From Thermoprotei archaeon (GTDB lineage Archaea; Thermoproteota; Thermoprotei; Thermoproteales; B15-G16): a stretch of DNA of 64,000 bases. The position numbers were made by a program, and so were the translations under genes. Shown here in pieces: positions 46,986-55,126 of the stretch. The notes below the pieces were generated by a model, which did no database searches, had not been told where the DNA came from, and was given only the letters and a program-made list of their open reading frames with translations. Within the stretch, counting starts at the first letter, position 1. Every line of letters starts with the position of its first letter. The stretch spans positions 64,001 through 128,000 of the forward strand of contig QMRC01000003.1 in NCBI GenBank assembly GCA_003649205.1, written 5' to 3'.

Positions 46986-48251
46986 ATGGTTAAGCTAAAG
47001 ATACTTGGTTCAGGTAGGGAAGTCGGTAGAACAGCTATACTACTTGAGTCACGTAGTGGTGAGAAGCTACTTCTCGACTACGGTGTTGGCTTTGACGAAA
47101 ATGATAGACCAGTATTTCCACTGCACGTAGCACCAAAAGAGCTAAAAGGTATTGTACTATCTCATGCTCACCTCGATCACTGTGGTGCAATACCACTACT
47201 CTACACAACGTACTCACTACCACTCTATACCACGAGCTTAACTGCAGAATTAAGCAATTTACTACTGAATGACATGTTGAAGATCTCTGGTTACTACCTA
47301 CCATACGAGGATGTTGAGATAAGAAAAATGATGAGGAACGTACAAGCTATTGAGTACGGCGAATCACTTGAGCTAGGTAGTTTCCGCATAACCTTCCTAA
47401 ATGCTGGTCACATACCAGGTAGCATAATGACTGTGATAGAGGTCGATGACAAGAGGATACTGTACACAGGAGACTTCAACACGGTATCGACGGAATTGCT
47501 CAGGGGTGCAGATGTGTACAGTGTAGGGAAGGTAGATGTCGTGATCATGGAGGCAACGTACGCACTCTACAATCATCCAAGGAGGGAAGATGTGAGGAGA
47601 AAGTTCGTTAGAACAGTGCTGGAGGTCCTTAATGAAGGTGGTAAGGTACTGGTACCAGCATTCTCCGTAGGTAGAGCACAAGAGATAATGTTTGTGTGTG
47701 CTGAAGAGATCCCAGAGTACCCGATATACGTCGATGGAATGGCTAGGCAAGCTGCGGAGATTCTAGCTAAGTACCCACGATATCTTAGGGACTACAGGAG
47801 ATATATGGATGTGCTTGAGAGAGTTGAGCAGGTTAACGGATGGGATATGAGGAAGAGGATACTCAAGAAACCCTGCGTAATAATATCACCAGCAGGTATG
47901 CTCAAAGGTGGTGCAGCACTATTCTACCTAAAGAAGCTGTACAGTGATCCACGTAATGCAGTAATCTTCGTTAGTTACCAATCACCTACTACACCTGGCT
48001 TCAGAATACTTGAGGAAGGTACCTTTGAGCTAGGTGCTGAGAAGCTTAGAGTAGAGGCTAGAGTGGAGTGGTTTGACTTCTCATCACATTGCGGTAGAAG
48101 GGAACTAATTAATTTCGTTAAGAGATTTAGTGATGCTAAGATCGTGCTGGTACATACAGAGCCTGAAGGTGGTGTGAAGTTTGCTGAGTACCTCAGGGAA
48201 ATGAACTTCGATGTGGAGGTACCAGAGATAGGCCACGAAGAAGATTTATAA
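46986..48251 (+). CDS. Beta-CASP MBL-fold ribonuclease (aCPSF2-like)
   Basis: LGSGREVGR, SHAHLDH, AGHIPGS, YTGD, MEATY, PAFSVGRAQE, FSSH, VH.E; no N-terminal KH domains. Confidence 0.92.
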   Translation: MVKLKILGSGREVGRTAILLESRSGEKLLLDYGVGFDENDRPVFPLHVAPKELKGIVLSHAHLDHCGAIPLLYTTYSLPLYTTSLTAELSNLLLNDMLKISGYYLPYEDVEIRKMMRNVQAIEYGESLELGSFRITFLNAGHIPGSIMTVIEVDDKRILYTGDFNTVSTELLRGADVYSVGKVDVVIMEATYALYNHPRREDVRRKFVRTVLEVLNEGGKVLVPAFSVGRAQEIMFVCAEEIPEYPIYVDGMARQAAEILAKYPRYLRDYRRYMDVLERVEQVNGWDMRKRILKKPCVIISPAGMLKGGAALFYLKKLYSDPRNAVIFVSYQSPTTPGFRILEEGTFELGAEKLRVEARVEWFDFSSHCGRRELINFVKRFSDAKIVLVHTEPEGGVKFAEYLREMNFDVEVPEIGHEEDL

Positions 48252-48282
48252 TTCAGTACCCTAGAGGTCGTGGTTAGGGATT

Positions 48283-48489
48283 ATGCCGAAGGAAATATTC
48301 AATATTGATGAGTTCATTAGATTAGCTCAGTACGCAAGGGAATGCCGTGTTAAGAGACTTGAGGATGAGGGTATAGTTAAGCTTAAGCTCAGATTGAAGA
48401 GGTACCTCTATACAATTAAGCTAGACCCAAAGACTGCTGAAGAGATATTGAAGAAGATAAAGGATAAGTGCCCAGTTAGAGAAGTCTAG
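48283..48489 (+). CDS. rpl38e: 50S ribosomal protein eL38
   Basis: MPKEI..+DEF+.LA..A.E.RVK.....VKLKLR..RYLYT+K. Confidence 0.88.
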   Translation: MPKEIFNIDEFIRLAQYARECRVKRLEDEGIVKLKLRLKRYLYTIKLDPKTAEEILKKIKDKCPVREV

Positions 48490-49217
48490 CAAGTACCGTA
48501 CCTGAGAACCAAACCCGTAAAACCTACTCTGTACGAAGGTAGTTTCTCACGGAAGTACTCAGTAGCTACATCACCGGTACAATGAATAGCGTAGACCTCA
48601 TCAATACTATACTGCTCAAACGTATTCACTACCTTTCTCAACCTATCTTCAGATGCATCGAGTAGGTGCATACCACCAATAACAACTCTAAGCCTTTTTG
48701 CAATCCCATGTGCAGTCTCAACAATACGTTCAATACCTGGATGTGAGCAACCTACAAGCAGTACACCACCGAAGTTCTTGACAGTGACTACCATAGATAG
48801 CTCATCAATGAAGTTCCCCAACAGGAATACAGTAGTACCTTGAGCAACTTCAGTACGTGAATCAACTCTGGTAACTATAAATCCATGTCTTTGCAGCCAT
48901 TCGCCTAGATCGATTGCTGATGATGGGATGAATACGTTGCACCTAGTACCGGACTCAGCTAAGTATCTTAAACCACCGACGTGATCCCAATGGTCGTGAG
49001 AGATAACTATGAAGCTTAGTGACTTAGGATCGATACCGAGGACATCCATGTTGTGCTGAAGGGTATAGGGGTCGGGACCTGTATCGAAGAGCCCTACGTA
49101 GCTATCTGTCTTCAATAGTATGGAAAGACCCCATGCAGAGCGTAATTCCTCACGTCCTGGAGTGTTATCGACTAGAACTAGTAGCTCTAGTGACTTAACA
49201 CCATTTAGCTCTCCCAT
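48486..49217 (-). CDS. MBL-fold metallo-hydrolase (paralog of 29976-30704)
   Basis: WGLSILL, LFDTG, ISHDHWDHVGG, GCSHPG, GGMH, HCTG. Confidence 0.88.
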   Translation of the reverse strand: MGELNGVKSLELLVLVDNTPGREELRSAWGLSILLKTDSYVGLFDTGPDPYTLQHNMDVLGIDPKSLSFIVISHDHWDHVGGLRYLAESGTRCNVFIPSSAIDLGEWLQRHGFIVTRVDSRTEVAQGTTVFLLGNFIDELSMVVTVKNFGGVLLVGCSHPGIERIVETAHGIAKRLRVVIGGMHLLDASEDRLRKVVNTFEQYSIDEVYAIHCTGDVATEYFREKLPSYRVGFTGLVLRYGTC

Positions 49218-49313
49218 AGTCTAGTGAACTGTGGCTAAGTCTAAAAACCTTAGCCTAATAGGGATTGGTAAGTTAGTACGTTTTTAAGCTGAAGTAGAGC
49301 TAATGAACGTGAA

Positions 49314-51032
49314 ATGGTTGGGAAGTTAGTTGAGAAGGTAGTTATAATCGATGGTTATGTGGATACTCCAGCAGGACTTGGTGTACCACCGTACCTAGAT
49401 GTCTTCCCAAGGTATGTAGCAGGAGCTGTATGGTCAGTAAATCCCTCTGCACAGGTACTGTACTTCACCGTTGACTACGTTAGGGCACACTTCAGTGAGG
49501 TCATGAAGATATGCAATGAATCAGATCTAGTGGTGTTCATAGCTGGTGTCATAGTTCCAGGTAAGTACTTAGGTGGCGAACCAATTAAGGAAGAGGAATT
49601 AACTCTATGGCCACAGTTAATGAGGAAGCCTATTAAGGTTCTCGGTGGTCCTGTTGCTAGGTTTGGTCTTGGTGGTGTTGGTGGTGAAATAGCTACTCCA
49701 CCAGAGTACTTCAGTAAGTACTTTGACTTAGTGGTTCCAGGTGATATCGAGGTTGTTGTGCATGACCTAGTTAGGGAGGGTCTTAGAGTTGATTACGTTG
49801 ATCCACATAGGTTGAGGGAGAGCTATCGAGAAATACGTGAATTCGCTATCAAGGGTGCGAGGATAGTTACTCAGCACCCGAACTATGGTAAGAACCTGAT
49901 TTGTGAGATCGAGACATATAGAGGGTGTCCAAGGTACATAACTGGCGGCTGTTCATTCTGTATTGAACCACTTTGGGGTTGTGTTAAGTTTAGAGATGTA
50001 GAGGATGTTGTTGAGGAAATTAGAGCACTGTACGAATGGGGTGTTAGGTGCTTTAGGATTGGTCGGCAACCAGATCTCTACGCTTACTGGGCTAAGGATA
50101 CAGGCGTTGAGGAGTTCCCTAAACCTAGACCTGAAGTTATTGAGAGATTATTTCGTGGTATAAGGAATGTTGCTCCAGAACTCGAGACTCTACACATAGA
50201 TAATGTTAATCCGGGTACAGTCTATCATCATCCAAGAGAAGCGAGAGAAATAACCAAGATAATAATCAAGTACCACACACCAGGTGATGTAGCTGCCTTC
50301 GGTATTGAGAGTGCTGACCCAAGAGTTGTTAGGTTGAATAACCTTAAGGTAATGCCCGATGAAGCTCTTGAGGCAATTAGGATAATATGTGAAGTTGGTT
50401 CTGTACGTGGTTGGAATGGGTTACCTGAACTACTACCTGGAGTAAACTTCGTCTGTGGATTAATAGGTGAAACAAAAGAAACGTACTACCTCAACTACAT
50501 ATTCCTAAAGAAGGTACTTGAGCTAGGTTACCTCATTAGGAGAGTAAACATTAGACAGGTACTCGTACTACCGTGTACTCGAATGGCTAGCGTAGGTACC
50601 TCAATAATTAGGAGACATTGGAACTACTTTCAAAGCTTCAAGAGGAAGGTACGTAAGGAAATAGACTTACCCATGCTCAGGAAAGTAGTTCCCAAGGGTA
50701 CCGTACTGAAGAGAGCATTTACAGAAGCTCACTACGGTGGTGGTACATATGCTAGACAAGTAGGCACATACCCCCTACTCATATGGTGTCCCATGAGGTT
50801 AGAGCTAGGTAAGTACATGGACTTCCTAGTGGTTGACCATGGATTTAGATCTGTAGTTGCTGTACCGTACCCCCTTGACGTGAATTCAGCTCCCCTCAAG
50901 GTACTGAAGCTGATTCCAGGTATGACTGAAGACAAGGTAAGGAAGATCATGAGGATGAGACCATTTAAATCGGTAAGTGAGCTAAGTGAAGTAGTTGGCG
51001 AATTAGCTAAGTACTTTACGGTCAAAAACTAG
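49314..51032 (+). CDS. Archaeal radical SAM protein with C-terminal HhH (COG1031-like)
   Basis: IIDGYVD.PAGLGVPPY, ETYRGCPR..GGCSFC, RIGRQ, HIDNVNP; C-terminal DVNSA....L..IPG. Confidence 0.88.
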   Translation: MVGKLVEKVVIIDGYVDTPAGLGVPPYLDVFPRYVAGAVWSVNPSAQVLYFTVDYVRAHFSEVMKICNESDLVVFIAGVIVPGKYLGGEPIKEEELTLWPQLMRKPIKVLGGPVARFGLGGVGGEIATPPEYFSKYFDLVVPGDIEVVVHDLVREGLRVDYVDPHRLRESYREIREFAIKGARIVTQHPNYGKNLICEIETYRGCPRYITGGCSFCIEPLWGCVKFRDVEDVVEEIRALYEWGVRCFRIGRQPDLYAYWAKDTGVEEFPKPRPEVIERLFRGIRNVAPELETLHIDNVNPGTVYHHPREAREITKIIIKYHTPGDVAAFGIESADPRVVRLNNLKVMPDEALEAIRIICEVGSVRGWNGLPELLPGVNFVCGLIGETKETYYLNYIFLKKVLELGYLIRRVNIRQVLVLPCTRMASVGTSIIRRHWNYFQSFKRKVRKEIDLPMLRKVVPKGTVLKRAFTEAHYGGGTYARQVGTYPLLIWCPMRLELGKYMDFLVVDHGFRSVVAVPYPLDVNSAPLKVLKLIPGMTEDKVRKIMRMRPFKSVSELSEVVGELAKYFTVKN

Positions 51033-51316
51033 ATCCATACAAATACTTTTAGCAGAGACACCAAGAGAGCAACCACTAGAAAGGTTACTAATGACCAGAA
51101 ACCGCTCTTAGTGAAGACGTAAACTAGGAACGCAGCGAATATTGCCGGCAGCAGTATGATTATCAGCTTGCTCAGTAACAGAAATACGAGTAGAGCGAGT
51201 ACTATAGCTAGTACGAAGAGTAGTATCATCAGCACGAAATTTACTACACCCTTTTGCTCTAGCTTCCTCAGTAAGTACCTTCTGTAGTGTAGTGCTAGAA
51301 GGTATCTGGTTTGCAT
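51029..51316 (-). CDS. Small membrane protein
   Basis: Basic N-terminus followed by 2-3 hydrophobic helices. Confidence 0.55.
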   Translation of the reverse strand: MQTRYLLALHYRRYLLRKLEQKGVVNFVLMILLFVLAIVLALLVFLLLSKLIIILLPAIFAAFLVYVFTKSGFWSLVTFLVVALLVSLLKVFVWI

Positions 51317-51888
51317 ATTATTCTCCTCACTTTTAAGTCAAAGAAGTTGCTCGTAGTAGCTGGTTTTATGTGTAGTGCTGTGTCTGCACCGTGACCTGTA
51401 CCAGCAATAGCAATAACATCTTCATCCAGTGGTATTAGACCTGCATCTGCAGCCATCAATGTTATCTCAATAGCCACCTTAACACCTTCTCCGAATAATC
51501 TCCTCAGAGCTAAAGCTATCAACTCAACGGGTAGCCAAATATTGAGAGCTTGCCTAATACCTCTCTCAACACCAGCAAAAGCATGAACACAGGTTAAGAC
51601 CTTAGCCCCCCTCCTCTCAAGCTCCCTCCTAACGTCCTCACTCATCTCTTGATAACCAGGCTTAATGAAACCAGTAGCATGAGTTACGATAACTAGGTTG
51701 AAACCTTTAAAGACCTCAGTAGCTAGTAGACCAGTCCTTCCCGTTGTCGAAGCAACAACCACATTACGAATACCGTACCTCTCTGCGTACTCCTTAGCTA
51801 CTCTAAGCGTCTTCTCTGTATTTTCAGGACCTGGCCTAGAGAAGTAGGTTGTCATAATCTCGGTAACAGTACTCACGGAGATCCCCAT
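51295..51888 (-). CDS. Pyruvate-kinase C-terminal-like alpha/beta protein (COG1751-like)
   Basis: YF..PG.ENT..TL, VVASTTG.T, VTH..GF, G.G.KV..EI..MAADAG, AGTG.GADTA. Confidence 0.85.
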   Translation of the reverse strand: MGISVSTVTEIMTTYFSRPGPENTEKTLRVAKEYAERYGIRNVVVASTTGRTGLLATEVFKGFNLVIVTHATGFIKPGYQEMSEDVRRELERRGAKVLTCVHAFAGVERGIRQALNIWLPVELIALALRRLFGEGVKVAIEITLMAADAGLIPLDEDVIAIAGTGHGADTALHIKPATTSNFFDLKVRRIICKPDTF

Positions 51889-51938
51889 AGCTCTAACTCG
51901 GTGAGGAATAAAAACATCTAGGTAAGTATGTGGGAACG

Positions 51939-51987
51939 GTGATGAGGGGCCATCTAGCAGATTAGTGAAGAAACCAGCTATCGCTGA
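51939..51987 (+). ncRNA. C/D-box sRNA, D guide complementary to 23S GAUAGCUGGUU
   Basis: GTGATGA-12nt-CAGA-tta-GTGAAGA-aaccagctatcg-CTGA. Confidence 0.85.
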
Positions 51988-52086
51988 AGCCTATCAGAGT
52001 GTGTGACAGCAATACAGTAACAATACCTAACCGTATGAAAACGTTAACTTAATAACTCCCCAAATCTCTAGATCGGTAAGGGTTTT

Positions 52087-53589
52087 CTGAGTAAGCTACC
52101 TGAAGAAATTAGCAGAGAGAGTAGAGACACTAAAACAAAGAGATTCATAATCTATGGAATCGAAGAGAAACCACCACTCCTTACAGCACTGTTCCTAGGA
52201 TTCCAACACTACCTCACAATGTTTGGAGCTACAGTCGCAGTTCCGCTACTCCTAGCATCACTAATGGAGCTAACGCCAGAGGATACAGCAAAGCTAGTAT
52301 GTATTCAATTCTTCTGTGCAGGTATTACTACACTACTGCAAACGTGGAAAAAGGTAGGTAGTGGGTTACCTATCGTACAAGGATCCTCATTCTCCTTTCT
52401 AGGACCTCTAGTAGCTATCATAGCTACCTGTAAGAGCATGGGGATTAGAGGTAGCGAAATACTACTCTACACAACAGGAGCTATCATAGGTGCTTCATTC
52501 TTTGAGATCGTGATTGGGTACAGTGGATTAGCTGGTCTATTGAGAAGGTACATAACACCTGTATCTATCGGGCCAACGATAATAGTTATTGGGCTCTCAC
52601 TAGCTGATGTAGGAGCTTCACAGGCAAGTGGTAACTGGGGTCTTGCACTACTTACAGTGGTACTCATTGTGCTGTTTAGTCAAGTACTTGGCAGGAGGTA
52701 CAGGATATTCATGCTGTTCCCAGTAGTACTCGGTGTCATGATCAGCTACGTAGTTGCACTACTACTCTCGATAACTGGCTTCCTAAAACCTGGTGATCCA
52801 GGGTACGTGAATTTAAGGCCACTCATGGAATTACCTTGGTTAAACATACCGAAGCCATTTCCATGGGGTTTACCTAAGTTCGTACCAGCGTTCATCCTCG
52901 GTATGTTAGCTGCTTACGTAGCATCGATGGTTGAGTCTATAGGTGACTACCACACAGTATGTAGGGTGAGTGAGGCACCACCACCAGACGAAAAGACAAT
53001 ATCCAAGGGTCTCGGTGCTGAAGGCCTTGGCTGCCTAATTGGTGGTATCTTCGGTTGTGCTGGAGGGTACACGAGTTATTCAGAGAACATAGGTGTCATT
53101 GGGTTAGTTAGGGTAGCTAGTAGATACGTCATTCAGCTAGGTGCGGTATTCATGCTGCTAATGGGGTTCTTCGGTAAGTTCGGAGCACTCATGGCGACAA
53201 TTCCTAAGCCAATTATTGGAGGTCTATATCTCGTAGTATTCGGTATGATAGCTGCTGTAGGAGCTTCGCTGCTTACGCTAATAGACTTGAAATCACCTAG
53301 AAACCTACTGATCGTAGGCATGTCACTGTACCTCGGTCTAAGCGTACCTATGTGGATGAAAGGTTACAACCCATACGGTGTTAAAGGTAGAGGAGCAATC
53401 GTCGCACTGCTACCTCCACAACTAATGTGGTTAGGTGAAATAGTTGAGATTATACTCGAGACAGGTATGGCCGTTGCAGCTATAGTCGGCATCGTGCTAG
53501 ATAACCTGATACCAGGAACACCGGAAGAACGAGGATTGACACATCCTGAATGGTGTGGTAAGGTAATGAACAAGAGAGAGAACAAGTGA
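52087..53589 (+). CDS. NCS2/NAT nucleobase permease (uracil/xanthine type); start probably CTG at 52087, upstream of the ORF-track ATG 52219
   Basis: YGIEEKPP..LGFQH motif upstream of the first ATG; LPIVQGSSF, ESIGD, SENIG+I....VASR signature. Confidence 0.92.
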   Translation: MSKLPEEISRESRDTKTKRFIIYGIEEKPPLLTALFLGFQHYLTMFGATVAVPLLLASLMELTPEDTAKLVCIQFFCAGITTLLQTWKKVGSGLPIVQGSSFSFLGPLVAIIATCKSMGIRGSEILLYTTGAIIGASFFEIVIGYSGLAGLLRRYITPVSIGPTIIVIGLSLADVGASQASGNWGLALLTVVLIVLFSQVLGRRYRIFMLFPVVLGVMISYVVALLLSITGFLKPGDPGYVNLRPLMELPWLNIPKPFPWGLPKFVPAFILGMLAAYVASMVESIGDYHTVCRVSEAPPPDEKTISKGLGAEGLGCLIGGIFGCAGGYTSYSENIGVIGLVRVASRYVIQLGAVFMLLMGFFGKFGALMATIPKPIIGGLYLVVFGMIAAVGASLLTLIDLKSPRNLLIVGMSLYLGLSVPMWMKGYNPYGVKGRGAIVALLPPQLMWLGEIVEIILETGMAVAAIVGIVLDNLIPGTPEERGLTHPEWCGKVMNKRENK

Positions 53590-53667
53590 GTACTTGTAAG
53601 TACTCACAAACCCGGTCTTTTTCTCCTCCTTTATCCGCTTATTACCTAGAGAGAAGTAGAGTGTGTG

Positions 53668-53716
53668 TCATCGATGGAGCTAGTCATCACTTTTCAGTGA
53701 GCCCCGAGAGCATCAT
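53668..53716 (-). ncRNA. C/D-box sRNA (degenerate C and D boxes)
   Basis: Minus strand ATGATGC-tctcggggctca-CTGA-aaa-GTGATGA-ctagctccatcg-ATGA. Confidence 0.6.
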
Positions 53717-53851
53717 CCAACGTGATCAGAATACTATGTCTCTTTAAACCTTAGCTACATTCTCTACACTTCGAAGCATCTACATATACCTCACGATCTA
53801 TGTCGTCGTAAGTTAATTATGGTTCTGGTACTATCTCAAGTGTGAGTACCC

Positions 53852-55126
53852 ATGAGCTACAGTGTTATTCAGCATGTTAAGGTTTCGTGGAGAGGTAAGG
53901 AGTGTAGTAAGTGTAATGTTCCGGATAGGTGGACTGTTGAGGATGGGAATTACGTACTTGGTAATAAGTTCCATCCCGTTGCTGTAATGGTACCACTGGA
54001 TGATGAGGTAGGTAATGAATTGGTGAAGACAGCTATTGAGCTTGGTGTAGCAATAGCTGGTTTCTGTAAGACAGCTAACATAGGGATTGAGAAGGTAGTA
54101 TGTAATGTGCTAGCTAATCCAAACATTAGGTACCTAGTAGTTGTTGGTCACGATACAAGCGGTCATCGTAGTGGTGAAGCTATGATTAAGTTGTGGAGGT
54201 ATGGTGTGGATCCAGAGAGTAGGAGAGTGCTGAATTGCGATGCACCAACGGCCTACATACCAAATCTGCCGCTTGAAGCTATTGAGAGATTTCGTGATCA
54301 GGTAATTGTCATTGATATGCTAGGTGTGACGGATAGGGAGATGCTGAGAAAGGTGATTAGAGGCTGTATTCAGGAACCTTGGAATGCTGTTGAGATTGAG
54401 GTGAAGGGTATTAAGTATAGGTTATTCGATCCTGGTGCATATGACTTAGAGCCATATATAGTCAAGGTAACGAGTAAGGTGAGCGGGGGGTATGTGGAGA
54501 CTCTATCACAGAACCTTACAGTCGTTGTTGCGAGGTCAGTAGCTGATGCCTATAGGGAAGTGATTCGACTAATTGAGAGATTTGGTAGATGTGTTGAGTC
54601 TAGGTTTGGAATTACGAAGGAGTTAATGAATGTCGTGATACACGTACTTGATCCTCTCTGTGATGAAGTACCTAGAGAGTACCCACTTGGTGCTAAGAAG
54701 TATCTTGAGGAGTACTGTAGAGCTATTCTCGAGGGTAGGAGTATTGAGGGTTATGAGTATAGCTATGGTGAGAGGTTGAGGGTTAAGTTCGGTGATCAAT
54801 TGCGAGCTATCGTCGATAAGTTACGTAGTGAACCGAGTACTAGACAAGCTGTTGCTGTGTTCTGGAGTCCTTACGAGGACTTGGTCAAGACAGAGAACCC
54901 ACCTTGTTTCATACTGTGGCAATTCATGATTAGGGATGGTAAGCTACATGCTACGGTGTACATGAGGAGCCACGACTTTAGGAGTGCCTTCGTACACAAT
55001 GTATTTGCCGTTAGAGAGGTAATGAAGTACATTACGGAAGAACTTAAGAGAAGTGGTCTTGACGTTGATCTAGGTACGATAACATTCATTGCATGTAGTT
55101 GCCATGTCTATGAGAACTACAGGTAG
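53852..55126 (+). CDS. Fusion protein: MtrA-like corrinoid-binding domain + thymidylate synthase domain
   Basis: N half: KTANIGIEKVVCNVLANPNIRYLVV.G....GH.SG...YIPNL..EAIERFRDQV..IDM. C half: YSYG.RL, DQL...+.KL....STRQA, PPC, MRSHD..AF..N, HVY. Confidence 0.88.
   Translation: MSYSVIQHVKVSWRGKECSKCNVPDRWTVEDGNYVLGNKFHPVAVMVPLDDEVGNELVKTAIELGVAIAGFCKTANIGIEKVVCNVLANPNIRYLVVVGHDTSGHRSGEAMIKLWRYGVDPESRRVLNCDAPTAYIPNLPLEAIERFRDQVIVIDMLGVTDREMLRKVIRGCIQEPWNAVEIEVKGIKYRLFDPGAYDLEPYIVKVTSKVSGGYVETLSQNLTVVVARSVADAYREVIRLIERFGRCVESRFGITKELMNVVIHVLDPLCDEVPREYPLGAKKYLEEYCRAILEGRSIEGYEYSYGERLRVKFGDQLRAIVDKLRSEPSTRQAVAVFWSPYEDLVKTENPPCFILWQFMIRDGKLHATVYMRSHDFRSAFVHNVFAVREVMKYITEELKRSGLDVDLGTITFIACSCHVYENYR

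Noticed and set aside
53852-54450. mtrA as evidence of methanogenesis
   Set aside because: The domain has no membrane anchor, is fused to ThyA, and no other mtr or mcr genes are in the window.
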